From Clostridia bacterium (GTDB lineage: Bacteria; Bacillota; Clostridia; JAAYHZ01): a DNA stretch of 64,000 bases. Position numbers and translations under genes: made by a program. The notes under the pieces were generated by a model. The model did not search any database. It worked only from the letters and a program-made list of their open reading frames with translations, and was not told the DNA's origin. The DNA lies in NCBI GenBank assembly GCA_050950825.1, contig JBMNIH010000004.1:160001-224000 (forward strand), given 5' to 3'. Below, piece by piece: positions 32,662 through 41,435 of this stretch. The number at the start of each line of letters is the position of its first letter. Position 1 is the stretch's first letter.

Positions 32662-32680
32662 ATTCAAATAAATGTAAAAT

Positions 32681-32707
32681 AAAAGAGGGTTGGTTCCAAC
32701 CCTCTTT
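32681..32707. terminator. Bidirectional terminator between convergent XRE genes
   Basis: AAAGAGGGTTGG-TT-CCAACCCTCTTT. Confidence 0.8.
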
Positions 32708-32726
32708 CTATATGGATGAATTTGAT

Positions 32727-33248
32727 TTATTTCAAATAATCGAAGATCTTTCCGTATCCGGATATGAAGTCTAGCATCGATTCTTGGTACGCCGGAAACC
32801 AGCGGTCTTTTACGTAATTCTCTTTCTTATCCGCTACCAGCTTATTAAAGGTCCGAACCGTCTTTGTCAATAAATTGATCAAGTTGGAAAAGGCTTTTTC
32901 GTCGATACGGCCTTTCTTGTAGTTATCGATACATTCAATCAATGCATCGTTTAACAACATCAGTTTATTCGGATCCGTCATTGCGACCTTGTCGAATTCC
33001 TTCATAAAAGCTTGTTGTTTGCTTGCCGATTCCGAAGCGGATTTATCACGAACGTTTGTCCTTCCTAAAAGGTAGTCTACGGACACGTCAAAGAAATCGG
33101 CGATTTTCAGCAATATCTCAAATGACGGTTGAGATTTGTTTTTTTCGTATTTATTCCAAGCGCCGTCCGTTACACCGATGGCAGCACCGGCTTTCTTCAT
33201 TGTAAGGTTTTTTTCCATTCGCAGCATGTATAATCTTTCACCAAACAT
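32727..33248 (-). CDS. XRE-family HTH repressor with helical C-terminal domain
   Basis: MFGERLYMLRMEKNLT...YEKNKSQPSFEILLKIADFFDVSVDYLLGRT; AAAGGAG RBS. Confidence 0.9.
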   Translation of the reverse strand: MFGERLYMLRMEKNLTMKKAGAAIGVTDGAWNKYEKNKSQPSFEILLKIADFFDVSVDYLLGRTNVRDKSASESASKQQAFMKEFDKVAMTDPNKLMLLNDALIECIDNYKKGRIDEKAFSNLINLLTKTVRTFNKLVADKKENYVKDRWFPAYQESMLDFISGYGKIFDYLK

Positions 33249-33281
33249 ACAAAAGTCTCCTTTCCAATTTTGACTTGGAAT

Positions 33282-33349
33282 AAAAAAGTCCGGTTGCATC
33301 TTATCACTCAAAAATCTCTTTTGAGTGATATTCAAGGATGCAACCGGAC
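33282..33349 (-). terminator. Riboswitch expression-platform terminator
   Basis: Minus strand GTCCGGTTGCATC...TATCACTCAAAA-gagat-TTTTGAGTGATA...GATGCAACCGGAC-TTTTTT; the 5' arm overlaps the aptamer 3' strand. Confidence 0.88.
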
Positions 33350-33420
33350 GATCATAATATCTTTCAATACCTTAGACTCCTGGCTTTGCGTCTCAACCTT
33401 TCGATTGATTTGCCAAATAT
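33338..33420 (-). ncRNA. c-di-GMP-I (GEMM) riboswitch
   Basis: Minus strand GGCAAA-TCAATC-GAAA-GGTTGA-GACGCAAAGCC-AGGAGTCTAAG...TATGATCGTCCGGTTGC: GNRA-capped stem, GACGCAAA junction, CTAAG/TATG tetraloop receptor. Confidence 0.9.
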
Positions 33421-33461
33421 ACAGTTTTTTAAGCTTTTATTACAATAGCTTTGTTGCTTTT

Positions 33462-33490
33462 AGAATAACAAGCTATTATCCTTTTGTCAA
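33462..33490 (-). promoter_or_regulatory. sigmaA promoter for riboswitch-XRE transcript
   Basis: TTGACA-17-TATTCT on the minus strand. Confidence 0.75.
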
Positions 33491-33815
33491 TCACTTTTAC
33501 AAACCAAACGTCAATTTTTTTTATATGGTATACCGTTGGTTCATAAATATATCGAATAAAATGCTCAATTGCAAAAGTAAAATCTAGTTTGCAGAAGTAA
33601 GTTCTGTAGAAAAGTTAAAAAATACAATGCAGTTATGTTTTTAGTGCTTAAATAGTGGTAAAATTAAGGGGAAGTTAGGTATATAGGCTAAAGTTGGGTA
33701 TAGCAAACATAAGGTAGAATGAAGTCGCAGTTTTTCGCAATACTAAATTCTACCCCTCTAGGATGAGGTGATTAGATGATGTTGTATCTCGGCAAGCATT
33801 CGGTGTTACTGTTTT

Positions 33816-34007
33816 TTAGTAATCAATCGCCGAATCCGTTGGATTGAGAATTGATTGGATTTCGGCTAATTGGTTCTTCAGCAAATCCCGCTCTTCACGG
33901 AGCCGGTAGATGCTTTCCAATAGGTATTCAATGTATTCATCGGCTGAAAGAGGTATTGAGTTACCGTATTCATCAAAGAGAACATCATGATAAATCTTTT
34001 TCATCAT
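33816..34007 (-). CDS. Small IS passenger ORF (63 aa, coiled-coil-like C-terminus)
   Basis: MMKKIYHDVLFDEYG...IYRLREERDLLKNQLAEIQ; GAGGTG RBS inside the transposase 3' end. Confidence 0.6.
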   Translation of the reverse strand: MMKKIYHDVLFDEYGNSIPLSADEYIEYLLESIYRLREERDLLKNQLAEIQSILNPTDSAIDY

Positions 34008-35313
34008 CAGACACCTCTTTCGATGACTTAAGCAAAGCCGGAGTGAGCGTAACCTCATCCGCCGGAATTTCCTTAAGACCTAATTTTTGGAGAACCATTT
34101 CTCCATAAAAGAAGCTGAATACAGCAATAGGGGGCTTGTCATTCAGCTTTTTTCTTATCAGTGAATTGATATGATTGGCCAAAAGATCAACAGAGCTTTG
34201 AGATAAACCATCAAAGGATGTTCCTCTAGGTAGAATCATGCGGATGTATTCGTGATTTCGTTCGATTTCCGCTTTTTGATGCGGAGAAGATTTTTCACAG
34301 TAAAATATTCTTGTTCGCAAGTTGCCAAAAGAATCATACTCGATGGCTGTCGGATTGGTGAACTCAGATCCGTTATCACTGAGTATGACCGGAAACAATC
34401 TCATAAAATCCTCTCTGCCGAGCAACCGGTCCAAGTAATTAAAAATATCGATGACCGATTGCGAAGTATTGTGATCTCTCAGGAAAATCAACATCAAGTC
34501 CGACCGAGTAAAGAATATCGTCAATAGAACTTTTCCACCTTTCTTTCCTTCGACCGTGTCCATCTGTACTACCGGAATATCAGGATGTTCTTCCATATAC
34601 TTTTGAAAGTCCTGATAGGTACGTCCGATACGACAACGTTTGTCTACTTTGAAAGTCAATTCGCGGCGTCGGGGTCGATATCTTACCTTTCGAGGCAGAT
34701 CAATATTACGAATGGACAGAACGCCTTGGTCGATCAGTTTGTAAATCGTTCGTTCACTGCACAGGATTTTATTGGCTTGAGATACACAAATATGATGGAT
34801 GGATTGCTTCTTTTTCACCAAAGGGGCGAGAAGTTCATCCATATACGCAAGCTCGTCTTCCGAAAAAGAAATACCCGTTCGGCTGTCGACCAAATTCTGC
34901 CGATAGCTGTCGTTGGCGGGGATAGCACGATAGAAATATTTGGACAATACACATATATCCTTTTGATTGCATCCGTTGCAGACATAAGGCGGCTTGGAAA
35001 GCTTCGGACAATGTTCTTCTTGGAAGTTGGAACATAACCTGTTGCACTTTTTGCAGAGTCTGCAAAATGATTTGCTGCAAGACATGTCGTCGCATAAGCC
35101 AAAGGTAGTGCAAGAGAATCTATGAATGCATCTATTAGGGGTACGTCCGCCGGAACCCGTAAATATCGGAACCCGATTTTTACGTATTTCTTTGGAAATT
35201 GTGGAAGGATCCTTGTCCAGATGGAGGGCTATCTGACGAAAAGAAAGCCCGTTATTCAAACCGGTATGTATGAAATTACGGTCGTCAAGGGTTAAATGTT
35301 TGTTATTTGGCAT
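33985..35313 (-). CDS. IS30-family transposase with Cys-rich insertion
   Basis: HLTLDDR...SFRQIA...STISKEIRKN HTH; QMDTVEG, SDNGSEF, QKAEIERNHEYIR, INSLIRKKL; AAAGGAG RBS. Confidence 0.92.
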   Translation of the reverse strand: MPNNKHLTLDDRNFIHTGLNNGLSFRQIALHLDKDPSTISKEIRKNRVPIFTGSGGRTPNRCIHRFSCTTFGLCDDMSCSKSFCRLCKKCNRLCSNFQEEHCPKLSKPPYVCNGCNQKDICVLSKYFYRAIPANDSYRQNLVDSRTGISFSEDELAYMDELLAPLVKKKQSIHHICVSQANKILCSERTIYKLIDQGVLSIRNIDLPRKVRYRPRRRELTFKVDKRCRIGRTYQDFQKYMEEHPDIPVVQMDTVEGKKGGKVLLTIFFTRSDLMLIFLRDHNTSQSVIDIFNYLDRLLGREDFMRLFPVILSDNGSEFTNPTAIEYDSFGNLRTRIFYCEKSSPHQKAEIERNHEYIRMILPRGTSFDGLSQSSVDLLANHINSLIRKKLNDKPPIAVFSFFYGEMVLQKLGLKEIPADEVTLTPALLKSSKEVSDDEKDLS

Positions 35314-35647
35314 GACTAGCGCTCCTTTCAAACACCGGCTTGCCGAGAAACAATAACACCACATAAATAAAATTATACTGTTGAATTCACAAGATGTAAG
35401 TACAGAAATGAAGATCTGTGGAATATAAAAAGTGTTTGTCTTATGGAGAATGTCAGTAAAGCTATCCAACCTTATGTCTATCGATAAATCAGGCAATAAA
35501 TCCGAGGACATGATAAAATGATATTTGTAAGGTTAATTTCTACATGTAGATTTGCAGGTTTAAGTTCTATAATTGTGGCACTAAGGGTAGAATTTAATTT
35601 TGCAATTCACATATCGAATAAAATCAAAAAAAATTTAATAAAAACAT

Positions 35648-35698
35648 TTGACTATGAACGATTAGTTATGATAATATTAAAATGAACTAGTAGTTCAT
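35648..35698 (+). promoter_or_regulatory. sigmaA-type promoter overlapped by two ATGAAC-N5-GTTCAT operators
   Basis: TTGACT at 35648, TGATAATAT -10 region at 35669-35677; operators at 35654-35670 (imperfect) and 35682-35698 (perfect). Confidence 0.7.
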
Positions 35699-35874
35699 AG
35701 AATATTGAGAATCGGGCTTAAGATTTAGGTACTGTTACGGGTCGTCACACCTTAATATAATTGCCTCCTATGTTTATATAAGGTGCAACAGTAAACCAAT
35801 GGAATACTCTTTGATAACCTGTGAAATAACCTGACAACTGTGCCTTGGGACGGGTAAACCCCGGTCCCTTTTTT
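35683..35874 (+). ncRNA. Candidate small regulatory RNA (~190 nt)
   Basis: Lies between a promoter and the terminator GGGACGGG-TAAA-CCCCGGTCCC-T6; no ORF over 11 codons found; long stem TACTGTT...CACCTTAATATAA / TTATATAAGGTG-C-AACAGTA with loop TTGCCTCCTATGT. Confidence 0.55.
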
Positions 35875-35943
35875 GTCTATACACCCGGCATGTATATTTG
35901 CTATAATTTTTGGTATCAGCACGTGCAATGGAGGAAAAGGATC

Positions 35944-37701
35944 ATGAACGGAATCAATATGGATTTACCGAGACCGGAATATCCGAGACCGGATTTTGAA
36001 AGAAGCCTGTGGATGAATTTAAACGGAGCTTGGGACTTTTGTTTTGACGACGAAGATCGAGGAGAAAAAGAAGGCTGGTATAAAAAGCCCGTTGTGTTCG
36101 ACAAGAAAATCACGGTGCCTTTTTGCTACCAGAGCGAAATGAGCATGGTTCACGATACGAATATGCACGAGATTATGTGGTACCGCCGTACGATTACCCT
36201 GCCGGAAGCCTTTCGAGGCAAAAGAATTCTTTTGCATTTCGGTGCCGTCGATTACGAAGCGAAGGTTTGGGTGAACGGACAGCTTGTTTGCGTTCATCGG
36301 GGAGGCTATGTTCCCTTTAAGGTTGATATCACCGAGTTTGTAAAGAAAAAAGAAAATATTTTGACGGTGAAGGTTACGGACCGATTTGAGTGCGTACAAC
36401 CGAGAGGAAAACAGTATTGGAAGGAAAAACCGGACCGATGCTGGTATATTCCGACATCCGGGATCTGGCAGACCGTATGGCTGGAAGCGGTAGGAGAGGT
36501 ATTTATCGATCGAGTGAAATTTACACCGGATATTGACCGTAAAGACGTAAAAACGGAAATCTATTTGGATCGTTTCCCCTACGAGGCGGATTTGGAAATC
36601 GAGGTCAGCTATAAAGGAAAGCCTGTCAATCGATCCGTTCATCGACTGAAAGGCAGAATATCCGCCGTCACCCTCGATATACGGGAAGAAGACAATATCG
36701 ATGAAATTCACCATTGGACTCCGGATAGGCCGAACCTTTACGATGTGAATCTGAAATTGTGGAAGGACGGCATACTGTTGGATGAGGTAAAGAGTTATTT
36801 CGGTATGAGGAAAATATCCGTTCAAGGGGATATGATTCTTTTGAACAACCGCGTTTATTACCAAAGGCTGATATTGGACCAAGGCTATTGGAAGGAAAGC
36901 TTGCTAACGCCTCCTAGCGATGAGGCGATTCGAAAGGATATCGAATACACGAAGCGGATGGGCTTTAACGGCGCCAGAAAGCATCAAAAAATCGAAGATC
37001 CTCGGTATTACTACTGGGCGGATAAATTAGGGCTTTTGGTCTGGGGCGAGGTGCCCTCCGCTTACGATTTCAACGACGAAGAAGTGGATAATCTTTTATA
37101 TGAAACAAAAGAATTCATTAAAAGAGACTACAACCATCCTTGTATCGTAACCTGGGTTCCTCTAAACGAATCCTGGGGCGTACGAAACATTTATAGCGAC
37201 CAAAGGCAGCAGGAATTCGCCATAGCTTTGTACTTTACGATTCGTTCGCTGGATCAAACTCGCTTGATTAGCACAAACGACGGATGGGAGCAAATATACG
37301 GCGACATTTGTGCCGTGCACGACTACATGGCATCCGGTGAAGGTTTCCTGGTTAAATACGAGGATCGAGACGCCATCCTGAGCAAATCCGCCGGCAGCCG
37401 AATGATCTACTGCGAAGGAGAGGAGTACGACGGACAACCGGTTCTGATTACGGAATACGGCGGAATCGCCATGGAAACGGAAGAAGAGGGATGGGGATAC
37501 AACGGGAAGGTCAAAGACGAAAAAGAATTCTTAAGACGTTATGAAAGCATCACCAAAGCCATTATGAATACCCCGTATATTCGCGGATATTGCTATACGC
37601 AGCTGACGGACGTTTTCCAGGAAATAAACGGATTGCTTACGATGGACCGAAGATTCAAAGTGAATCCGGAAGAGATAAGAAGGATCAATCAAAACAGGTA
37701 A
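35944..37701 (+). CDS. Glycoside hydrolase family 2
   Basis: PRPEYPRPDF, LHFGAVDY, SGIWQTVWLE, LDQGYW, NHPCIVTWVPLNESWG, TEYGG; GGAGG RBS. Confidence 0.93.
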   Translation: MNGINMDLPRPEYPRPDFERSLWMNLNGAWDFCFDDEDRGEKEGWYKKPVVFDKKITVPFCYQSEMSMVHDTNMHEIMWYRRTITLPEAFRGKRILLHFGAVDYEAKVWVNGQLVCVHRGGYVPFKVDITEFVKKKENILTVKVTDRFECVQPRGKQYWKEKPDRCWYIPTSGIWQTVWLEAVGEVFIDRVKFTPDIDRKDVKTEIYLDRFPYEADLEIEVSYKGKPVNRSVHRLKGRISAVTLDIREEDNIDEIHHWTPDRPNLYDVNLKLWKDGILLDEVKSYFGMRKISVQGDMILLNNRVYYQRLILDQGYWKESLLTPPSDEAIRKDIEYTKRMGFNGARKHQKIEDPRYYYWADKLGLLVWGEVPSAYDFNDEEVDNLLYETKEFIKRDYNHPCIVTWVPLNESWGVRNIYSDQRQQEFAIALYFTIRSLDQTRLISTNDGWEQIYGDICAVHDYMASGEGFLVKYEDRDAILSKSAGSRMIYCEGEEYDGQPVLITEYGGIAMETEEEGWGYNGKVKDEKEFLRRYESITKAIMNTPYIRGYCYTQLTDVFQEINGLLTMDRRFKVNPEEIRRINQNR

Positions 37702-37847
37702 AACAAGGGTATTAATGAAAATGTTTTGTCCTTGTAACATAAAATTAACAAGAAAAATCGTAAAACCTCGATATCGTGATATACATTTGTCCGCGTGTGT
37801 GGTATACTGATTTAGAATACAAAATTTTACGCCAAGGAGTTGATAGA

Positions 37848-38492
37848 ATGAAGAGGTTGACGAGTATTGTTTTAGTGATAGCGCTCTTATTGCTATCTAC
37901 AGGAAGTGTACTGGCAGCATCCGTACCCGGCGCGGTTTATACGGATCAAACGGTAGATGAAATTAAAAGCATTTTGCAATCGGCACGCGTTAAGGACGTC
38001 AACTCCGATGACTGGTACGCTCCGGGTATCAGTGCGCTCATTCGTATCGGTCTAATTGCGCCTGACAGCAGCGGAAATATCAATCCGCAAGCTACCAACA
38101 ACGGGTTGGAAGCTGTTTCCATCGTTGCAAAAGCCGTAGGTATTGCAAACAGAAATGACTCGCCCGAGACGGCCTTTCAAAAGGCAAAAGAAGCCGGTAT
38201 TGTTGGCGACGGTATTACGATGCTTACCATAATGAGAAGAATTGACGTCGCTTATATGGTAGCGAAGGCGTTCAACTTGCCCTATATCTCCATTTACAAC
38301 AGGAACCTGTTCCCCTTTGCAGATTTCTTAGCATTTACTCCGGGGGAAAGAGGTATGGTTAAGGCGCTCACCGAAAGAGGAATCTTTACGGGTTATGCCA
38401 TCGGAGGCGGCAAGTATGAATTCCGTCCGAATAACACGATTACAAAGGCGGAGTTTGCAACCGTTGTTGCAAGACTAATGAACCTTATTTGA
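37848..38492 (+). CDS. Secreted S-layer homology (SLH) domain protein
   Basis: Signal peptide; DVNSDDWYA, GIFTGY...FRPNNTITKAEFATVVAR. Confidence 0.85.
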   Translation: MKRLTSIVLVIALLLLSTGSVLAASVPGAVYTDQTVDEIKSILQSARVKDVNSDDWYAPGISALIRIGLIAPDSSGNINPQATNNGLEAVSIVAKAVGIANRNDSPETAFQKAKEAGIVGDGITMLTIMRRIDVAYMVAKAFNLPYISIYNRNLFPFADFLAFTPGERGMVKALTERGIFTGYAIGGGKYEFRPNNTITKAEFATVVARLMNLI

Positions 38493-38532
38493 TGGCAATC
38501 AGCGTAAGTCAAATGATAAAAAACATAAGAAT

Positions 38533-38565
38533 AAAACCTGCTTGGTGATCCTAAGCAGGTTTTTT
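38533..38565 (+). terminator. Intrinsic terminator
   Basis: AAAACCTGCTTGG-TGAT-CCTAAGCAGGTTTTTT. Confidence 0.8.
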
Positions 38566-38588
38566 ACAATTGATAAGACGGAGGGAAC

Positions 38589-40880
38589 ATGAAGAAAGTC
38601 ATCGCCCTGTTCATAATCTTAACGGTCGCGGCAGGTCCCTTGTTCAGGGGTTTGTTTTTCCCTTACGAGATGTATTTGTCCTTAGCGATGCTGTCGGTAT
38701 TATGTGCATGTTACGGGATAATGAAGCTTGTAAGAAAAGAAGAGTGGCACCTTCGTTCCGTCGTTGTATACGGAGGAATCGGTCTTCTTTTGGCATATGT
38801 CATTGCCTTCGGTACGGCGGTAAACATGCGAGGAAACATCGAAGCCCTCATGCAGTATGCCGTGTATCTTTTATTGTTTATCGTTCTTTCGGATTTTTTC
38901 CATGAGCATATTCAAAACCTTCCTTGGATGTATTTCGTCCCTTTGATCGCTATCGGTTTTTTTGCGGCCATTATCGGCCTTGTAGGCTATACCCGGGTGT
39001 TTCCCGAATTGGATGTCACCGTCAACGGGAGAAGAATCGGTTCCACCCTGCAGTATGCCAATACCGCAGCCATCTATTTTCTCCTTCTAATGTCCTTTGT
39101 TATGGGGATTTTGTTGAATGTAAGGAATGTTCTTTTAAAAGGCATATTGGCGGGTGTTGCAAACGTTATGTTTATGGCGTTGTTTTTTACAAGCTCCCGC
39201 GGTGTTTTTCTCGTTGTGCCTTTTGCGGTATTGTTGGCATTGGTCATTGTCATGCCCAAAGGATATCGACTGCAGTCTTTGGTTTATGTTCTTTGTGCCG
39301 TTCTTCCATCCTTGCTGTCCATGGAAGGGTACGATGCCAACTCCCAAATCAAGAACATCGTTTCCGCCTCGAAATGGATACTTCTTTCGGGGGGAGTAGC
39401 AGGCATATCGGCCATGCTTGCGGCGCTCCTCTTTCGTATAAAAGTAAATAAAATTATACGATATGCGGCTTTGGGGCTTTGTGTGATCGGTACTGCCGCC
39501 TTTGTTTTCGTAAATCGGCAAGCTATTGTCTCGTATGTCGCCGATGTCATACCGGACCATATTTTTAAAAGGATCCGGGATATTAACTTTACCACGACGA
39601 ATGTGGTTATGCGAATTGAGTTTTTTCAGGATGCTTTGCGATTGCTGAAGGACCATTGGCTTTTCGGTTTGGGAGGAGGGGGCTTTGCTTCCCTATACCA
39701 AAGCGTTCAAAAATTGTATTATGCGGCAAGGCTGGTCCATAACCACTATTTGCAGGTCTTTGTTGAGTCCGGGATTTTAGGCATTCTTTCATTTTTAACG
39801 ATAACAATATCCGCCTTTGTTTACTTAATCGCAGCGCGGATCCGTTTGAAAGATCCGAAACAAAAGGTATATGCCGCATCCGTTTTTGTCGCCTTTTTGT
39901 CTTTGGCCGCTCATTCCGCCATCGATTTTAATTTAAGCTATACATCTATGAGCTTTATCTTCTTTTCCATGGTTGCCGTCTCCGCCGCCTATTATCGTCA
40001 TGTTAAAAAAGAGAAGGAAGCTTCCGAAGAAACGAAGCAAAACCCGGAAACAAAAACCTTTTCTTGGAGACGTGCACTCGTACCTTCCTTTTTTCTTCTA
40101 TTTTGCATACCGTTAGCCTTTTTCGGCATTCGCTATTCGAAGGCGGCTTGGTACGCCGAAAGAGGTACGGAATACAAACAAGAATTGAATTTGGAAAAAG
40201 CCGTCGAAAATTATGCCAAAGCCTCCGGGCTTGATCCTTTACAGGCCGCCAACCGTGCGGAAATGGCGGACTTGTCCTTATGGATGTCCAAAACGGTTTC
40301 TACGGAAGCCGAAAAAAGAGAATGGATAAACAAAGCCTTATCGGAAGGAGAAGAAGCCCTTCGTTTGGATCGTTATTACCCGTATTATAACCGAATTATG
40401 ACGGAAATTTATTTATTCGACGGTCAATACGAAAAAGCGGCGGAACAAGCAAAAATGCTGGTGTATGTTCAGCCCTTGGTGGATAAAAACTACGAATTGC
40501 TGGCCCAAGCCTATACGGAAGGAGCACTTGTCTTATTGAAAGAAGGGAACACGGATAAAGCGAAGGAATGGCTTTTGGCTTGCGAAGACTTGGAGGATAA
40601 CGAAAATGTGACCATCAAATCCGCTACCGCTTTTTATATGGGAAAAGCGGCGCTTCTTTTCGGAAAATACGAAAAAGCGACAGAGCTATTACAGACGGCC
40701 CGTAAAGGATCTACGGATTTACGAATCGAAAGCGATCGGCTTTTGTATATTATTAACGAAGTAACGGGGAACGAAGACCTGAATAAAAAATATGAAAATG
40801 TATTTTACATGGGGATGATTCAATCGACGCCGATGTATAAAGAGATTAAAGACATATTGGAATCCGGGCTGCTTCAATAA
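38589..40880 (+). CDS. O-antigen ligase / O-oligosaccharyltransferase family membrane protein with C-terminal TPR-like repeats
   Basis: RIGSTLQYANT, TSSRG, GLGGGGF...VHNHYLQVFVESGILG, HSAIDF; helical repeat tail. Confidence 0.88.
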   Translation: MKKVIALFIILTVAAGPLFRGLFFPYEMYLSLAMLSVLCACYGIMKLVRKEEWHLRSVVVYGGIGLLLAYVIAFGTAVNMRGNIEALMQYAVYLLLFIVLSDFFHEHIQNLPWMYFVPLIAIGFFAAIIGLVGYTRVFPELDVTVNGRRIGSTLQYANTAAIYFLLLMSFVMGILLNVRNVLLKGILAGVANVMFMALFFTSSRGVFLVVPFAVLLALVIVMPKGYRLQSLVYVLCAVLPSLLSMEGYDANSQIKNIVSASKWILLSGGVAGISAMLAALLFRIKVNKIIRYAALGLCVIGTAAFVFVNRQAIVSYVADVIPDHIFKRIRDINFTTTNVVMRIEFFQDALRLLKDHWLFGLGGGGFASLYQSVQKLYYAARLVHNHYLQVFVESGILGILSFLTITISAFVYLIAARIRLKDPKQKVYAASVFVAFLSLAAHSAIDFNLSYTSMSFIFFSMVAVSAAYYRHVKKEKEASEETKQNPETKTFSWRRALVPSFFLLFCIPLAFFGIRYSKAAWYAERGTEYKQELNLEKAVENYAKASGLDPLQAANRAEMADLSLWMSKTVSTEAEKREWINKALSEGEEALRLDRYYPYYNRIMTEIYLFDGQYEKAAEQAKMLVYVQPLVDKNYELLAQAYTEGALVLLKEGNTDKAKEWLLACEDLEDNENVTIKSATAFYMGKAALLFGKYEKATELLQTARKGSTDLRIESDRLLYIINEVTGNEDLNKKYENVFYMGMIQSTPMYKEIKDILESGLLQ

Positions 40881-40942
40881 AAGCTATGTAGCATCCGGTA
40901 TGGAAACCGGAATGAACTTCTTAACAAAACATAAACCTTTCT

Positions 40943-41206
40943 TTATTTTTCCGTTGTTACGCCTTTTGCTTTTTTTACGATGAATAAAAGCAAAAAGGCA
41001 CCTAATGTAGCCACGATGATACTCCAAATATTAAAGCCCGTTATACCGTCAATGCCGAATAATCGCATAATCAAGCCTCCGATAAAGGCGCCGAGTATGC
41101 CGACAACTACGTTAGCGAAGCCTCCCATTTCGGAATTCTTACCTGCCAAGATGCTGCCTAACCAGCCGGCCAAAGCACCGACGATTATCCACGAGATGAT
41201 ACCCAT
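40943..41206 (-). CDS. GlsB/YeaQ/YmgE family stress-response membrane protein
   Basis: MGIISWIIVGALAGWLGS...NVVVGILGAFIGG; AAAGGAG RBS. Confidence 0.9.
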   Translation of the reverse strand: MGIISWIIVGALAGWLGSILAGKNSEMGGFANVVVGILGAFIGGLIMRLFGIDGITGFNIWSIIVATLGAFLLLFIVKKAKGVTTEK

Positions 41207-41435
41207 TGAATCAACTCCTTTTTGTTCGATTTTTAGAATTTTACTTATTTTATTTTTCCCGAATGTCCGACGAATATGAATAATCGCATTATCAAATTTA
41301 TCCGGTACATTATAATTGATAAAACCATAAAAAATATTGACGAAATTTTTTAAAAACACCTATCCGATTACCGTTTTTCTTTACTTTATAGTTGTAACGA
41401 ATTCTTTTACGACTCTTGAGAAAGGAGGACCTTAT

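Larger units (their letters stand above)
33563..35611 (-). mobile_element. IS30-like insertion sequence, copy 1 (2049 bp)
   Basis: Imperfect IRs GCTCAATTGCAAAAGTAAAATCTA / TGTGAATTGCAAAATTAAATTCTA; 13-bp direct repeat TATCGAATAAAAT (33550-33562, 35612-35624). Confidence 0.92.

Noticed and set aside
32107-33248. Prophage immunity region suggested by two XRE genes
   Set aside because: No integrase or phage genes nearby; one XRE is the common metabolic XRE-cupin type and the genes are convergent.
35682-35698. LexA (SOS) box
   Set aside because: Spacing is GAAC-N5-GTTC; the Bacillota LexA box has N4.
35799-35834. 11-codon ORF MEYSLITCEIT in the candidate sRNA
   Set aside because: Only a weak, distant SD buried in the stem; not supportable without ribosome profiling.
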